DNA of 63,990 nucleotides, filler included, from Dirinaria sp. TL-2023a (taxonomy: Eukaryota): NCBI GenBank assembly GCA_051941275.1. It is 4 parts of 4 records of this genome, joined end to end, with 100 filler letters (N's around TTAATTAATTAA, not from the genome) between each part and the next. Parts side by side here need not be neighbours in the genome. Positions count along the whole stretch, not along the records: positions 1 to 16,611 come from JAVEBF010000480.1; 3 more parts are not named here. One strand, given 5' to 3'. A program made the position numbers and the translations under genes. Below, one piece after another: positions 1 to 11,478 of this stretch. The notes beneath the pieces were generated by a model. It ran no database searches. It saw only the letters and a program-made list of their open reading frames with translations, and was not told the origin of the DNA. Numbering within the stretch: the first letter of the stretch is position 1; every line of letters begins with the position of its first letter.

Positions 1-629
1 AATGTCGACTGCCCATCCTATCAGCAGCGTGTCTGTTGCAGCATCCTTTTCGATTGGGTTTCAATCCTCAGCTGCGCCTCGCAGACTGTGCCTCCGGTTT
101 GATCGGCATATGTTTTCTTTTTCAGATGATCGCTCGAAAGAATCGCAAGTCCTCTCGAATCGCCAATACACAATAGAAGGGCTCCTTTGGCTTCCTGGGA
201 AAACCCAGCTAGATTCAGTGGGGTTTGACTGTGCGACAGTGAGAGATGGTGTAGGAAAAACAACAATTGAGCGGCACCTACCTTCAAGATGTCTTGAAAC
301 TATGGCCCCATGGGGTTGGTGCAAATGATCCCGACGAGTCGGCTACTCTAGACCGTGGTTAGTCGCAGCCTAGCCCAATCGTCACCCTCCTTATCAGTAT
401 CATCCTATCAGAAGCTTGCAATCAATTCGCTCCTCCTCTAGCCGCCGCACCCCCTTGTCGCTTCGCTCCAATAGTGTCAATTTTTAAATAAAGACTTAAA
501 TCCTTCGACTTTTCCCTAATTTCACTGCCCCCGAGGTGAATGAATAAATAGCGAAGATGCAGGTCTCATTTTAAATCTCGGCTCTATTATACTATTTACT
601 CGCCCTGTGCGCGCTTTGGTGCTGGGAAA

Positions 630-1460
630 ATGAGCCTCGAAGTGGACCGACGCACTGACTTGCCCTTCCCACAGCAAGCTCAGAAGGAAGCATATAGATA
701 TCAAAATAATGAGAAGGAAAGCCAGAGTTATGCATACGCGATAGCCGATAATGGGTCACCTACGCCAACGCAGCAGCGTTCATCCAAAAGGTCGAGCATA
801 TCCCTTCTCGCCGTGGCGCTAGCCGTCATGACCATCCTCGCCGTAGTCGCTGCTGCCGTTGGTGGATCCATAGCGGAAAAGAGGAAGAATGAGTCGGTCG
901 ACCCAGAATCCTGAATTTTGGGAGAAGCTGACCACTTCGCTATCAGCATCGCGGGTTTAAAGGAGCAAATTGTCAGCAGAGAAACCGCACTCCAGAGATG
1001 CGAAGCGGCAAACAACGACGAGGTCTCCAATACTACCAGCCTTCCATCAAACAATAGCGCCACATCCAGCCCCGTTTCCACTTCTACCTCTTTCCCGTCT
1101 ATCACCTCCATGAAACCAACCACAAATTGCAGCGCCATGGGGACAGGCTCCACCTACACCTCAGCCTGGACTGGATCACCCTTCACAGTGCACTGCGACA
1201 CGGACTACCCGGGCTCCGACATGCTCGGGATCTGGGTGTTCACCTTCGCGGATTGTATCGAGGCGTGCGCGTCGTGGAACTTCCGCCACGATAGTCCTCA
1301 GTGCTACGCCGTCAGCTACGATTACAGTAACGAGGGTGCATTCACGGAGCAGGGTGGGATGGGAAATTGTTTTCTCAAGGGGTCCGGGAGTATTCCGGCG
1401 AACGTGAAGAATGTGACGAGTAGTGCGCAGGCTAGCTTCTCGGGGAGTTCCAGTGGGTGA
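630..1460 (+). CDS. Single-pass membrane protein with Ser/Thr-rich stalk and C-terminal Apple/PAN-like Cys domain (2 exons; intron 893-946)
   Basis: ORFs 630..914 and 918..1460 join in frame through a GTCGGT...GCTGAC...CAG intron. There is a TM helix (LLAVALAVMTILAVVAAAVGG), an S/T stalk and the motif CDTDYPGSD...DCIEACASWN...CYAVSY...NCFLK. Confidence 0.8.
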
Positions 1461-2796
1461 ACAGCCGCGACATCTTTTTTCCTTTTCTTTTTTTTTTTCT
1501 CCTTCAATAATAACATTGAGAGGCAAGATCATGCATTGAAGTTCATTCGATTGGTGCATGTAACGTAGTGCGTGGGGATTTTTTGGCGTTTTGACATGCA
1601 AATTGGCACTGGGATTCTTGTGCACGATTTGCTTACCTCTCTAGGGTTGCGAGCGTATGCTACCTAATATAAATCCATGATGCACGAAAGCAAAATTTAT
1701 GTCAATCAAACAAAAAAAAGAACGACCATCCAAAGCAATCTTCGCAAAATCTCAGTAATACAATAAAAAAGAATCCACTGGTCAAAAAATCAACAAAAAC
1801 ATTCTACATCACATTTAATCTCGCGTTTACACTGATAAAACCCCCATATGCAAGCTGAGATCTCAGTCACGAATCAAATTCATGTCTTTTTTCCAGTGTT
1901 CAGATTTATCTTGGAAACTTCGAGTATTGTGGAGATATCGAGGGGTTCCGAAGAAGAAATATAGAATGAGTCATTAGTATTTTAAAGTATAAGTATAGAT
2001 ATATGATCCTACTGCCGCCACACCACACTCCCTCACTAACTACCCCTCATTCTCGCATGATAACACATCAGACCTCTTTGATATCTCGAGCTTAAGTTCA
2101 TCGATCTCTCTTGCTCTCTCTGACAGAGTGCGTGTTTTCAAACAACGATGATTTCACGAGATGACGATGAACTGATTCACCACGAACGTGTCATTGTTAA
2201 ATAGACAAACCGTTAGAGTAGATCGGGAGGGTTAGAAATAATTTTTGAGAGAGATCATTGATAGATGAAGAATAATAAGTGGGGAGGGCGGTGTGGGTGG
2301 TAAAGGTGAAGGTGGTGTGTTAGTAAAGTAGAAAGGGTGGTGTGGCGGTATTGGTTGCCTTGATGTAATGAGTGCATTGTTTTTGTAGGAAGTCTGTATT
2401 GGGAACTTATTGTGGGCCTATTAAGTACTAGGAAAGCGGGATGTACGCAGGGGTTTAGGCTAACAGCCTTAGGTATACGAGAAACGAGTCTTAACACATG
2501 ATGGAGGCTGGAGGCCCCCTTCTCAATAGTATTACTACTTTTTCCAGCATCCTGCAGCTACTGAATCGGGATTTTACAGATTAAGGAGGGCTGCTCAGAC
2601 TGTGCCAGAAAGACATGTTGTTCTACACATTTTTGGTGAATTCATGGGCATTGCATCACTTCAACTGCACTCGCATTTGAACGCTCAATTGTCATTTCGC
2701 TACGCCCGGACAAACTTGTGATTTAGTAAGTCATTGATCAGCGCACCGCCATATCTCATTGAAGATCACAGTCTCTTACATCGCGCAACGGCCATC

Positions 2797-3365
2797 TTAC
2801 TTTGCCTGCTGTTGCTGCCCCTCATTCTCCTCAAGATGATTCTGAATATGTCCATTATCGAGAAATTCCTTCATCTGGGCGATTTTGCCCTGAGAATTGA
2901 ACCTCACCAAGTCCACATACTCTATGTTGAAGGGTTTATCTAGTGACCCATAATTATGAGCATTGATTAAACAAGACTTTTCCCAAGATGAAAGTAAGAT
3001 AGCGATATAAATAGGCTAGAAAGAACGAAAAAAGTCGCACGTCACAAACACTCGGAACGATTGAACTTACTAGACTTGGTGATAGCAGTACCGAAAGTCT
3101 CCACCGCCGCCCATGACGATTCCCCACCTCCTATGACCCTCACCACCTCCACGCTGACCGTATCCATGTTCAAAATCGCCGAAATGCGGCCGTAGGTTCC
3201 GTCGTGGAAGGCCTGCATCGATTTGTGTTTGCCGCCGAGGGTGAAATCCTTGCCAACGACGGTAACCTCGAAGTTCTCGGCCAAGTAACTGTTGAATAGA
3301 TTGGCGTTACTCCGGTTCGAGAACATCTCTTCGATTTGGTAAGTAGTCGGGTAGGGAGGCGCCAT
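2797..3365 (-). CDS. SnoaL-like/NTF2-fold small protein (2 exons; intron 2940-3070)
   Basis: Exon 1 reads MAPPYPT...VVRVIGGGESSWAAVE...TKS. A GTAAGT...CTAG intron joins it to exon 2, NKPFNIEYVDLVRFNSQGKIAQMKEFLD, a typical NTF2/SnoaL C-terminus. Confidence 0.8.
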
Positions 3366-6300
3366 TGTTCAGAAGGATATTGCTGATGTCTTGGGATGTC
3401 TTGAAAAAAGAAGAGCGTTTGAAAAGCGAGGAAACAAGGTGAGGAGCAGACTTCTACATGTGTAAGTGGAGGAAGCTCTTGCTTTGCATACGATCCTAGA
3501 CTTCGACTATCATCGCCCTCGAGCAGATCTTGTCGCTCCACCCCTTTGGAATTGACTTTTCAATGCATGCATACCTAAACATGTCATTTGTGGCTGCGGA
3601 CTTTTCCGACGACGACGTGATGATGTGGATGATCAGCGGCCCCCATGAATGGCTCGAGGTAAATTCATCTGACCCAGGCGAAGCCCGCACTTCCGTCTAA
3701 TACTAGCTTTACCGGCTGCCAACGTAGTAATTTCATCGCTAGTCGCGTTCGGATAGCGCCGAACTCTAAAGGTATAGCTTCTAGTCCTATTTCGTGAGTG
3801 ACAGCCAAAGCCTGATGGCGCTATAGCTGCAACAGCGGAACGCCCAGCCTTCCTTTCGGAGGATTTATTACCTAGCGACTCTCCCATTAACAACTCCTCT
3901 TTCGCAACATCAAACACCATCGCGGAAAAGGTCTAACTCATATCAGGGTCGCTCGGAAGTCGATCAGGGTCCCCTGTGCACTTCGCTTGATTTTCCTCGT
4001 ACCGCTACAGATCAGAGAATCCGAATCAGCGAAGTTAGCGTCGGCGTCACCGAGCTCTAACTTAGTTGATTTGAGATCGTCCAGGGAGACAATCGAATCG
4101 AAATAATGACATCGCGTTACTAGCAGCCTTTGAACTCCATAAACAATACGGCGGCGCCCGTCATGAACAGACTGTCGGACTACTTCGATCCGATTAGCTT
4201 AAATATTTTCAGACCATCATACCACATCTACTGCAAGCCACTACAGGGTATTGACGGGACTGATGGTGTCGGTATTAGCTGTCATTTAGGCGTTTGAGCG
4301 TAAAGTCTCTTGTCGCTTGCGTCTCTGCAGATCATTGATGGTGGCACTGGATAATGTGTTGTCGGCAATGTTTCTGTATCAGCCCTATGATAGGGCTGTT
4401 AGCGCCTCTTATATTAACCTCTCCTTTCTTCGATCACATACTACTGTGTTTCATCCGCATCTGAGGGAACTGTGTTGATGGTGTATGTAAATGATCAACC
4501 AGGCTCGCTTGGCATGCTTGAACTGCCGGCACAACTGCGTTCCGGAACTAGCCTTATTAGGTCTAGACTCTCTTATCAAACCCAGTTGGATTTCCTTTCA
4601 CCAAGCATGCTTCCTTCCTTCTTTCCTTCCTTCGAAATTCACTTAAGGTAGTATCAATCCAATTGATAAATGACTTCATCGCTGCTTGTATGAACAAATC
4701 GACCCCATTTAGTTTGCTTGACTTTCGCGCGCTGTTTCCTGACTTTCCCGTTTCACGTCCGCTTACTGTTGTACCATTTTTTGCTCTATAAATTCGTCTG
4801 ACTTTGAATTTTCCCGTTTGAATGTATTGCTTTATATACTTATCTCACACGTTCTCCACGGTTCAGCATCCAATAGGCCAGGCGGTACAGGCAATCCTGT
4901 CGCTTTGCGGCTCACACCGCAAAACTCTGCTAAATCCTCATTCTGCGACTCAGTGCACAGATCGGCCAGCCCAAATCTGGAACATGTGAGACGATAAGTT
5001 CTGTAGCTGATAAGGAACTGCTGCACACGCCAACGGACTACTGCATTACTAACTGTCTCAAGGAGTTTCAAGATGCCATTCTGGCAAGCGAGAGCGACAT
5101 CTAGGATTTCATGTAAGATATCCAAGACATGGCCCTGCCTTACCTGCGTACAAGCTGCCTAAGTCAAGGAAGAGCTCGTACGCTCGTACGCTCGAAAGTA
5201 CTACTACTTATTTTATGAACTGGAAAAAAGATCGTTCGTTGTCCCAGCGAAACCTTCTAGCTCCGCTTCGATCCTTGCAATCGTGAGCAGACACCGCTTC
5301 TGCGGGAACTCGCTCTCCTGGCAAGTAGACAACAGCTTGGACCGGTCCCTGTGCGCTCATCCTCCGGAGTTAGCCGGGGTACTTGGAGTCTGGGCATCCT
5401 TTGAACAAGGTCGTCTCCAAGCACCTGGCTTGGATAAACTCCAGGGCACCTCAAGAGAGGGTCGTCTGTGCGTACATGCCATAACATTAGAAGAGTTGTG
5501 GAAGACATTCGAAGAACTCTTTCTATGTTTGGTAGCTGAAATCCTCACTCGCAGCTAGTTGAGGGCAAAGGCGATTAAGGCTATCCTTCGTCCTCTTGAT
5601 CGACGTCGTCCACGGCCATTTGAAATGTGTCATAGACGGCTACTGCCTTCCAAACGACTAAAAGTATGAGAGGCAACGTCGCATGGGCGTACTGGTTCAT
5701 AGCTCTTAACGATCGCCATGTTTTCTGGCCAGAATGGCGCGAGATTCTATGGTTGTTCCAATTCGAGCTGTGGAAGATAAGTATCTTCGTCGTACGAATC
5801 TCTCTCCCGGGCACAGGCTAGAATCGAACCTAACGTCTGCGGTGGAATTAAATCTATTGGCTTGGCTCAAGCATCTTTTGCCGTGTCTGGACGAAACGCC
5901 GTACTCGAGAGGATAGTGAGTAAATTTTCAAAAGATCTCTTTTTACTTCATGGATCAAGACCCGGAGGGCCATGTTCTACTTCAAATATTTATTCCTTGC
6001 TTGCTCGCGATATTCAGACACCATCGAACGCCTAAGTTGGGCCTTGTAAATCCGAGCTGTTTCATTGGCTCAGGACATCCTGTAACGGCTACGGGCTGAT
6101 TATGCCGAGTTCCCAATTTGTCGTGGCTTGCGAGCCGGGCGACAAATAGAAGCAGCATCTCCACACACCATAGCCATTGCTCTGATTCTGGATCAAACTA
6201 CCATCCGAGATGCGGCTTGTGTTACCTTCTTATCTCAACCAACGAGTGTAAGACACCACCAGGTGGTCTCAAATTTCTAAAGCTATACCATTTCCGCTTT

Positions 6301-6816
6301 AGCTTGTTCTCTCGATAAGGCCATGATAGAAGCTACTAACCTGACTGAAGCGGGGTCATGGAGGCAATATCACAAATGGTGGGGGCATCTGTTCGATCTG
6401 ATCCGTCCAAATTGACTTCTGCTGGGTACCGAGGTAGTAGCAATCCGAGAGAATCGCGTCAGATTAAGCGCGATTATCATCTCTTTTGGATCCATGCATA
6501 TATGTGTTCAGTTTCCATCCTATTTCAGTGGGGGCAAACCCGCTAGTCACACAGCCTGTTTTCCGTTGAGATAATTCATGGGCTCCGCAGCCAATTACGC
6601 ACCTCAGTGTGCCGTTCGGCCCCGCTACGTTTGGCTTGCTTGTAGCATTCGTGATTCAGAGCACAGGTTCTGGTGGATGCACGGAGATTAGCATCTAGAC
6701 AACCCCTCCCTGTTGTCTTCAGACTCGCACTGGAGCTGCGATCTATTTAATCCTACTCACCCCCTTTTGTTATCCCTCATTGCTTGTTGTAACTCCTACG
6801 AGACAACATACTAACA

Positions 6817-8654
6817 ATGTCGATTAGTATCAAGAGCTCCTTCAAAGAGCCTGAAGGCCATTACTGGATATTGGGAGTTCTCATTCTCGTAAGATTTTGC
6901 TTCATTTGAAATTAAATCGAAGCATACCTTCAATCCATTTATGGAATGAAAAATCCTCACTAACTCTGTCTAGCTGCTAGCCTATCTTGCGTATAATCTT
7001 CTCACGAACTACCTGTTCTCTCCACTTGCCAACTTCCCAGGGCCCAGGCTTTGGGCAGTGTCTTCCATCCCGTCGCAGCTTTCTATCCTTGGCGGCAGAA
7101 GTCACCTGAGAGTGCTGGAGCTCCACAATACCTACGGCCCTGTAGTACGTGTTGGACCCGACGAACTATCATTCAATACGGCCGGCTCATTTCAAGACAT
7201 ATACGGTATTGACAGCACCAGAGGTCAATTGGCCAAAGACCCAAAACTATACGCGGTGAACAAAAATGGCATTAGAGATAGTGTGATTGGTCATGTAGAC
7301 AACCAAAATCACGGCAGACAAAGGCGTCTCATATCACATGCTTTTTCCGAGCGTGCCCTCCTAGATCAGGAAAGCATAATTGTGGGCCACATTGACTATT
7401 TCATCCAAAGGCTGCAGGAAGAACGTCAACTTGATATCGGGACCAGCCCAACAAGTGGAACTGTCGATATCAGAACCTGGTTCAACTACTTGACCTTCGA
7501 TATCACAGGAGACCTAATGTTCGCGGAGACGTATGGCTGTTTAGAGAATGACGAGCTGCACCCATGGGTCGCGCTAATTTTCAACACTATCAAAGGCGTT
7601 ACCTTGCTCAGTGTGATGGAACATTTCGCAATCCTACGTGCCGTCAAAGAAAACATTGTTGAACGATTGCTAAAGGGAGCTATGCAGAAGCACTTCCACT
7701 ATAGCGCTCAGCAGGCAGATAAGCGAATCGCAATGGGCGCGGACCGAGCGGATTTCATGGGATACATGTTGAAAAACGGACTAAGCGACCAGTCTGGTAC
7801 ATATCGAGATGATAAAACCATCATGAGCAGGAGCGAAATCCATGCAAATTCGTTCGTGTATGCCGTGGCATTTTTATTCCCAGCGTTTTCGACCTGGAAA
7901 TCCAACGATTGCCTCTGATGTGTAAGCAGGATAACCATAGCTGGAAGCGAGACTACGGCTACGCTTCTTTCAGGATGCATCTTCCATCTGTGTCAAAATC
8001 CATCGTCAATGAAAAGGCTGACGGAAGAGATACGTCAAACTTTCTCATCAAGCCAAGACATACAAGCTAGAGCATGCGCGAAGTTGGAGTACTTGAATGC
8101 GGTCGTCAAGGAATCTTTACGCCTTTATCCACCTGTGGTCACCACCCTGCCACGCATCACCCCGGCCGGTGGCTGCACTATCGATGGCCACTTTGTTTCA
8201 GAAAATGCATGCTTCTTCTCTCGTTGACCCCTGGATGTCCAAAGGGACCAAGTTGACCGGAATACAGGTAACGGTATCTACGCACCATTACGCGTCGTAT
8301 CATTCATCTTCGAATTTCGCGCGTCCCGAAGAGTTCTTACCAGCTCGCTGGCTGGAGAAGGATTCAGAATTCTCAAGAGATATCGGAGATGCCTTGCAGC
8401 CATTCAGTCTCGGACCCCGGAACTGTGTGGGGAAAAAGTATGCCCTTTCGTCGAAGCCCTGCTTTCGGTCTCGGTTTCGCTTTCTAACTGACGATTCCAG
8501 TCTTGCCTATTTGGAGATTCGACTGACTCTAGCGAAACTCCTGTTTCATTTCGATGTGGAATTACGTCCCGAAAGCGACAAGTGGATTGATCAGAGCGTG
8601 TACACTCTTTGGGAGAAGCCGTCCCTGATGGTCAAATTGACGGATCGTGCGTAA
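6817..8654 (+). CDS. Cytochrome P450 monooxygenase (CYP65/TRI11-like group), 5 exons
   Basis: Motifs present: N-terminal TM, FPGP, GPVVRVGPDELSF, I-helix AGSETTAT, ExxR (KESLR), PERF-like FLPARW and heme motif FSLGPRNCVGKN. Introns at about 6889-6973, 7858-7929, 8207-8267 and 8438-8500. Subfamily assignment is by resemblance only. Confidence 0.93.
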
Positions 8655-9117
8655 TGAGAATGAGGCTTTTGCTTTCTAAAAGCTTGGAGGCTAGGTGCAA
8701 AAAGGCCTTCGGCCAATCTCTGTATAGTCTGTCCTTTACGTTTGAAGATATGTCGAAAAGTAGTCTAGGCTTCTTAAAAATCGAACCATGTCAGAAGTCC
8801 TTGTAACCGGAATGAGGCTGTATGGCTTCCCCTACGACGCGTGTTATGGATCGAAGAGTGAGGATAATATGCATTCTCCAACGCCATGCTGCTGGATTCA
8901 AAGTTGCACAGGCGTTGACTTATTTAATACCCTTTAGTTCTCTTCTAGAGTTGCCTTGAATATCCTCACCCCTTCACCTATGGCGCTGCATTTCAATACA
9001 GACCCAGGCGAGTAGCCATCAGGAGATTTGAAGTTCCGAAGGCATACTTAAACAGATTTGTCTCAGATGCAAGAGGATTCCACGAACTGTTTACTTGCAG
9101 TATCACTATCAAAATGA

Positions 9118-9638
9118 CGAGTATTTTCTTATCGTTAAAGATTCTGATTATGTGCATGGTACGAAGCAATTGGTGTAGACTGAAGACTTTCAAGACGGTA
9201 GTAAGTTCTTTTCTATCGGGAGATCTATACACCGTGTGCCGAGTGTGCTTCAAGAATGCACGATACTAACCTGTGAGACTGAGAAAACCTCACCACCACT
9301 AACAAAATGCCAAGATGATTTGACGAAAGCGGTTAGACTGTAGATTAGTCAGCAGACTCCGGATATTTACTGCCCACAAAATTTCTTTCTTTAGTTTCAG
9401 GCAATTGACCACAAATACACACATAGAAAGCCCAGTTCAACCTCTCAAAAACCCACCTCAGATCTGACACATTGTCAGAAAGGCGAGTATTCTCTTATCG
9501 CTAAGAAATCTGATTATGTGAATGGTATGAAGCGATCGATGTGGACTGAAGCCTATCAAGGCGCTAGTGAGTTCTTCTCTATCGGGATCTCTATACATCG
9601 CGTGCCGAGTGTGTTTCAAAATGCACGATACTAACCTG
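9118..9638. repeat. Two diverged direct-repeat copies of ~155 bp (9118-9273 and 9485-9638)
   Basis: Shared blocks CGAGTATT.TCTTATCG, TCTGATTATGTG.ATGGTA, TCTATCGGGA, GTGCCGAGTGTG.TTCAA and ATGCACGATACTAACCTG. Confidence 0.9.
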
Positions 9639-9687
9639 AACTCCACCTGTGGATAGTGTATTTTGCGTCTCATCCTGATGGCGTTCG

Positions 9688-10881
9688 TCAGCCACTCTGA
9701 CTCTGCAATACTGCTTTAGAAGCATAATATGCCTGTATGGCGCCCGTGATGGACTGTATCAAACCAAAAACGATGGTCAAGAGGAGGACCAGCACAGCTA
9801 CCCAAAAGGTATACCACTGAACTTTGTTCCGTCTGTCATGCCACCACTGCGGCAGCGCCCTCGGCTCCGACTCATACGCTTTGATAACGATCCGCAAGCG
9901 CTCGTTCCAGTATCTATATCGATCGAGCTTGCGACTACCCGGGAGCAGCTCGATGTCACCCGCAAGAGGATCGAGCTTCGGATATTTCTTCAGGCTTCTC
10001 CGAAACCATCGCTTGCATTTTGTGTTGGAACGTGGGAGCAGAAGCGCCAACGTTTGGAGCATCTCTGCTAAGAGTTCTTCCTGATACACAGCACTGTGTT
10101 ACTGGTCAGAGGATCGCTTCAAAACGTAAAGGAATGAATGAACTTACCGGATGCCGGATGCACTCTTGCAAGACTGCAAGACGCTTGCATGATGGTACAG
10201 ACTCACAGTACACAAATCCTCATTGAGCCTCAAATGATCCGGTAGATGATCTGTCCAGACTATTTCCAGACCCCCGATACGTTCTAGGCTATACGCGTTG
10301 AAAGAATACGGAATTCGACAATCTGAAACCTTCTCGTCTGGCTCATTTAAGGGGAAGCATCGGCATACCAGCTCTTTCAGGCTCTCAGACTCCAGCCATA
10401 CGACTTGCGATTTGCCCGGATATATTCCGACTTTTTCAGCCCCAACATTGAGCATGAGCCAAACTCGGACTGCAAAATTAATGGCATTATCGATGGACAT
10501 TTTGCTTTTCTGAAAATCTCTGAGGTCACCATCGTCTGTCGAATGAGATTTTTGGAGAGATAATTGGAAGAATGCCGCTATCTGGGGACAATCTCTTCGC
10601 TCTTCTTGTACGGTTTGCAGAAATGTCACCAGCTCCAAAAGGTCTTGGTACGTCTCAGTAGCTGCTTCGCAGCCACTCGCTCTCCAAGCATCACATTGAG
10701 CTCGAAAGTATTGAAAGTAGGCGGCATGGTGCTGAGCGTCTTGAGCACTGCTAGTAGAATCTATAGGCGACCAGAAAGTATTATGTATGTTGGTCTGTAA
10801 TTCCAGGCTTGGAGGTGGGACCGCGTGATTAGGAAAGAGTTGATCGTCTAATTCAGCGCTTGCTGGCGTCTGCGTCGACAT
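9688..10881 (-). CDS. Conserved fungal hypothetical protein (~379 aa) with C-terminal transmembrane anchor (2 exons; intron 10094-10147)
   Basis: ORFs 10144..10935 and 9688..10089 splice in frame (CG|GTAAGT...CAG|T). Motifs are WTDHLPDHLRL, YHHAS, LALLLP, YWNERL and WWHDRRNKVQWYTFW, followed by a hydrophobic helix. Confidence 0.82.
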
Positions 10882-11478
10882 AGTTGAACAACAAAGTACA
10901 GGCAGGCCCTCGATCAGGCTTAGCTTGGTCGGCAATTGCGTACGACAGAAAGATTATGGCTATGGTCTTCTTAGTCGCTGTATTCGAAAAGCATGAAGGT
11001 AAAACTTCTACCCAATCGACAATCAATACTTTAGCTGTGGGTATTCGGGCAAGTCATGCCTGGTTTCAAATCTTTGTCCCGGGGACTACAGTAATAATAT
11101 CCAAGTGCAGCAGTCTGCCTGGAGTCAACCTCACGGATTCGCTGGGGCGCAGCCCAGAGAGCGATAGCGTCTTTCATCCAATCATTTGCGAGTGCAGATG
11201 CAAGGCTGCCAGAGCCTTATCCAGCATTCCCCCACCATGACTTTGCACATGGTGCTGCGGATCGTTGTCATTCCCATCTCACAAGAATCGCAAGACACTG
11301 CATTTGTTTTCACGGAAGTCGCGCACTTTTCGAAGCTTCTACGTCGCTCGAAAATTCCCTAGTTCAGTGTTTACTTCCGCGGTCTGTGTCCACGAAAGCA
11401 TTCAACTCACGCTAGCTCCTTCGAGTTCCTACAAAAGTCATTCAACCCAGTGAGAGTACCCCGCACTGGACATAAGGA

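Noticed and set aside
2255..2497. 80-aa ORF in TA-rich sequence, possible transposon relic
   Set aside because: No transposase, RT or integrase motif and no terminal repeats seen.
3496..6546. Many short ORFs (60-97 aa) between the SnoaL-like gene and the P450
   Set aside because: No recognisable motifs or consistent exon chain; they may include a decayed gene but I cannot support one.
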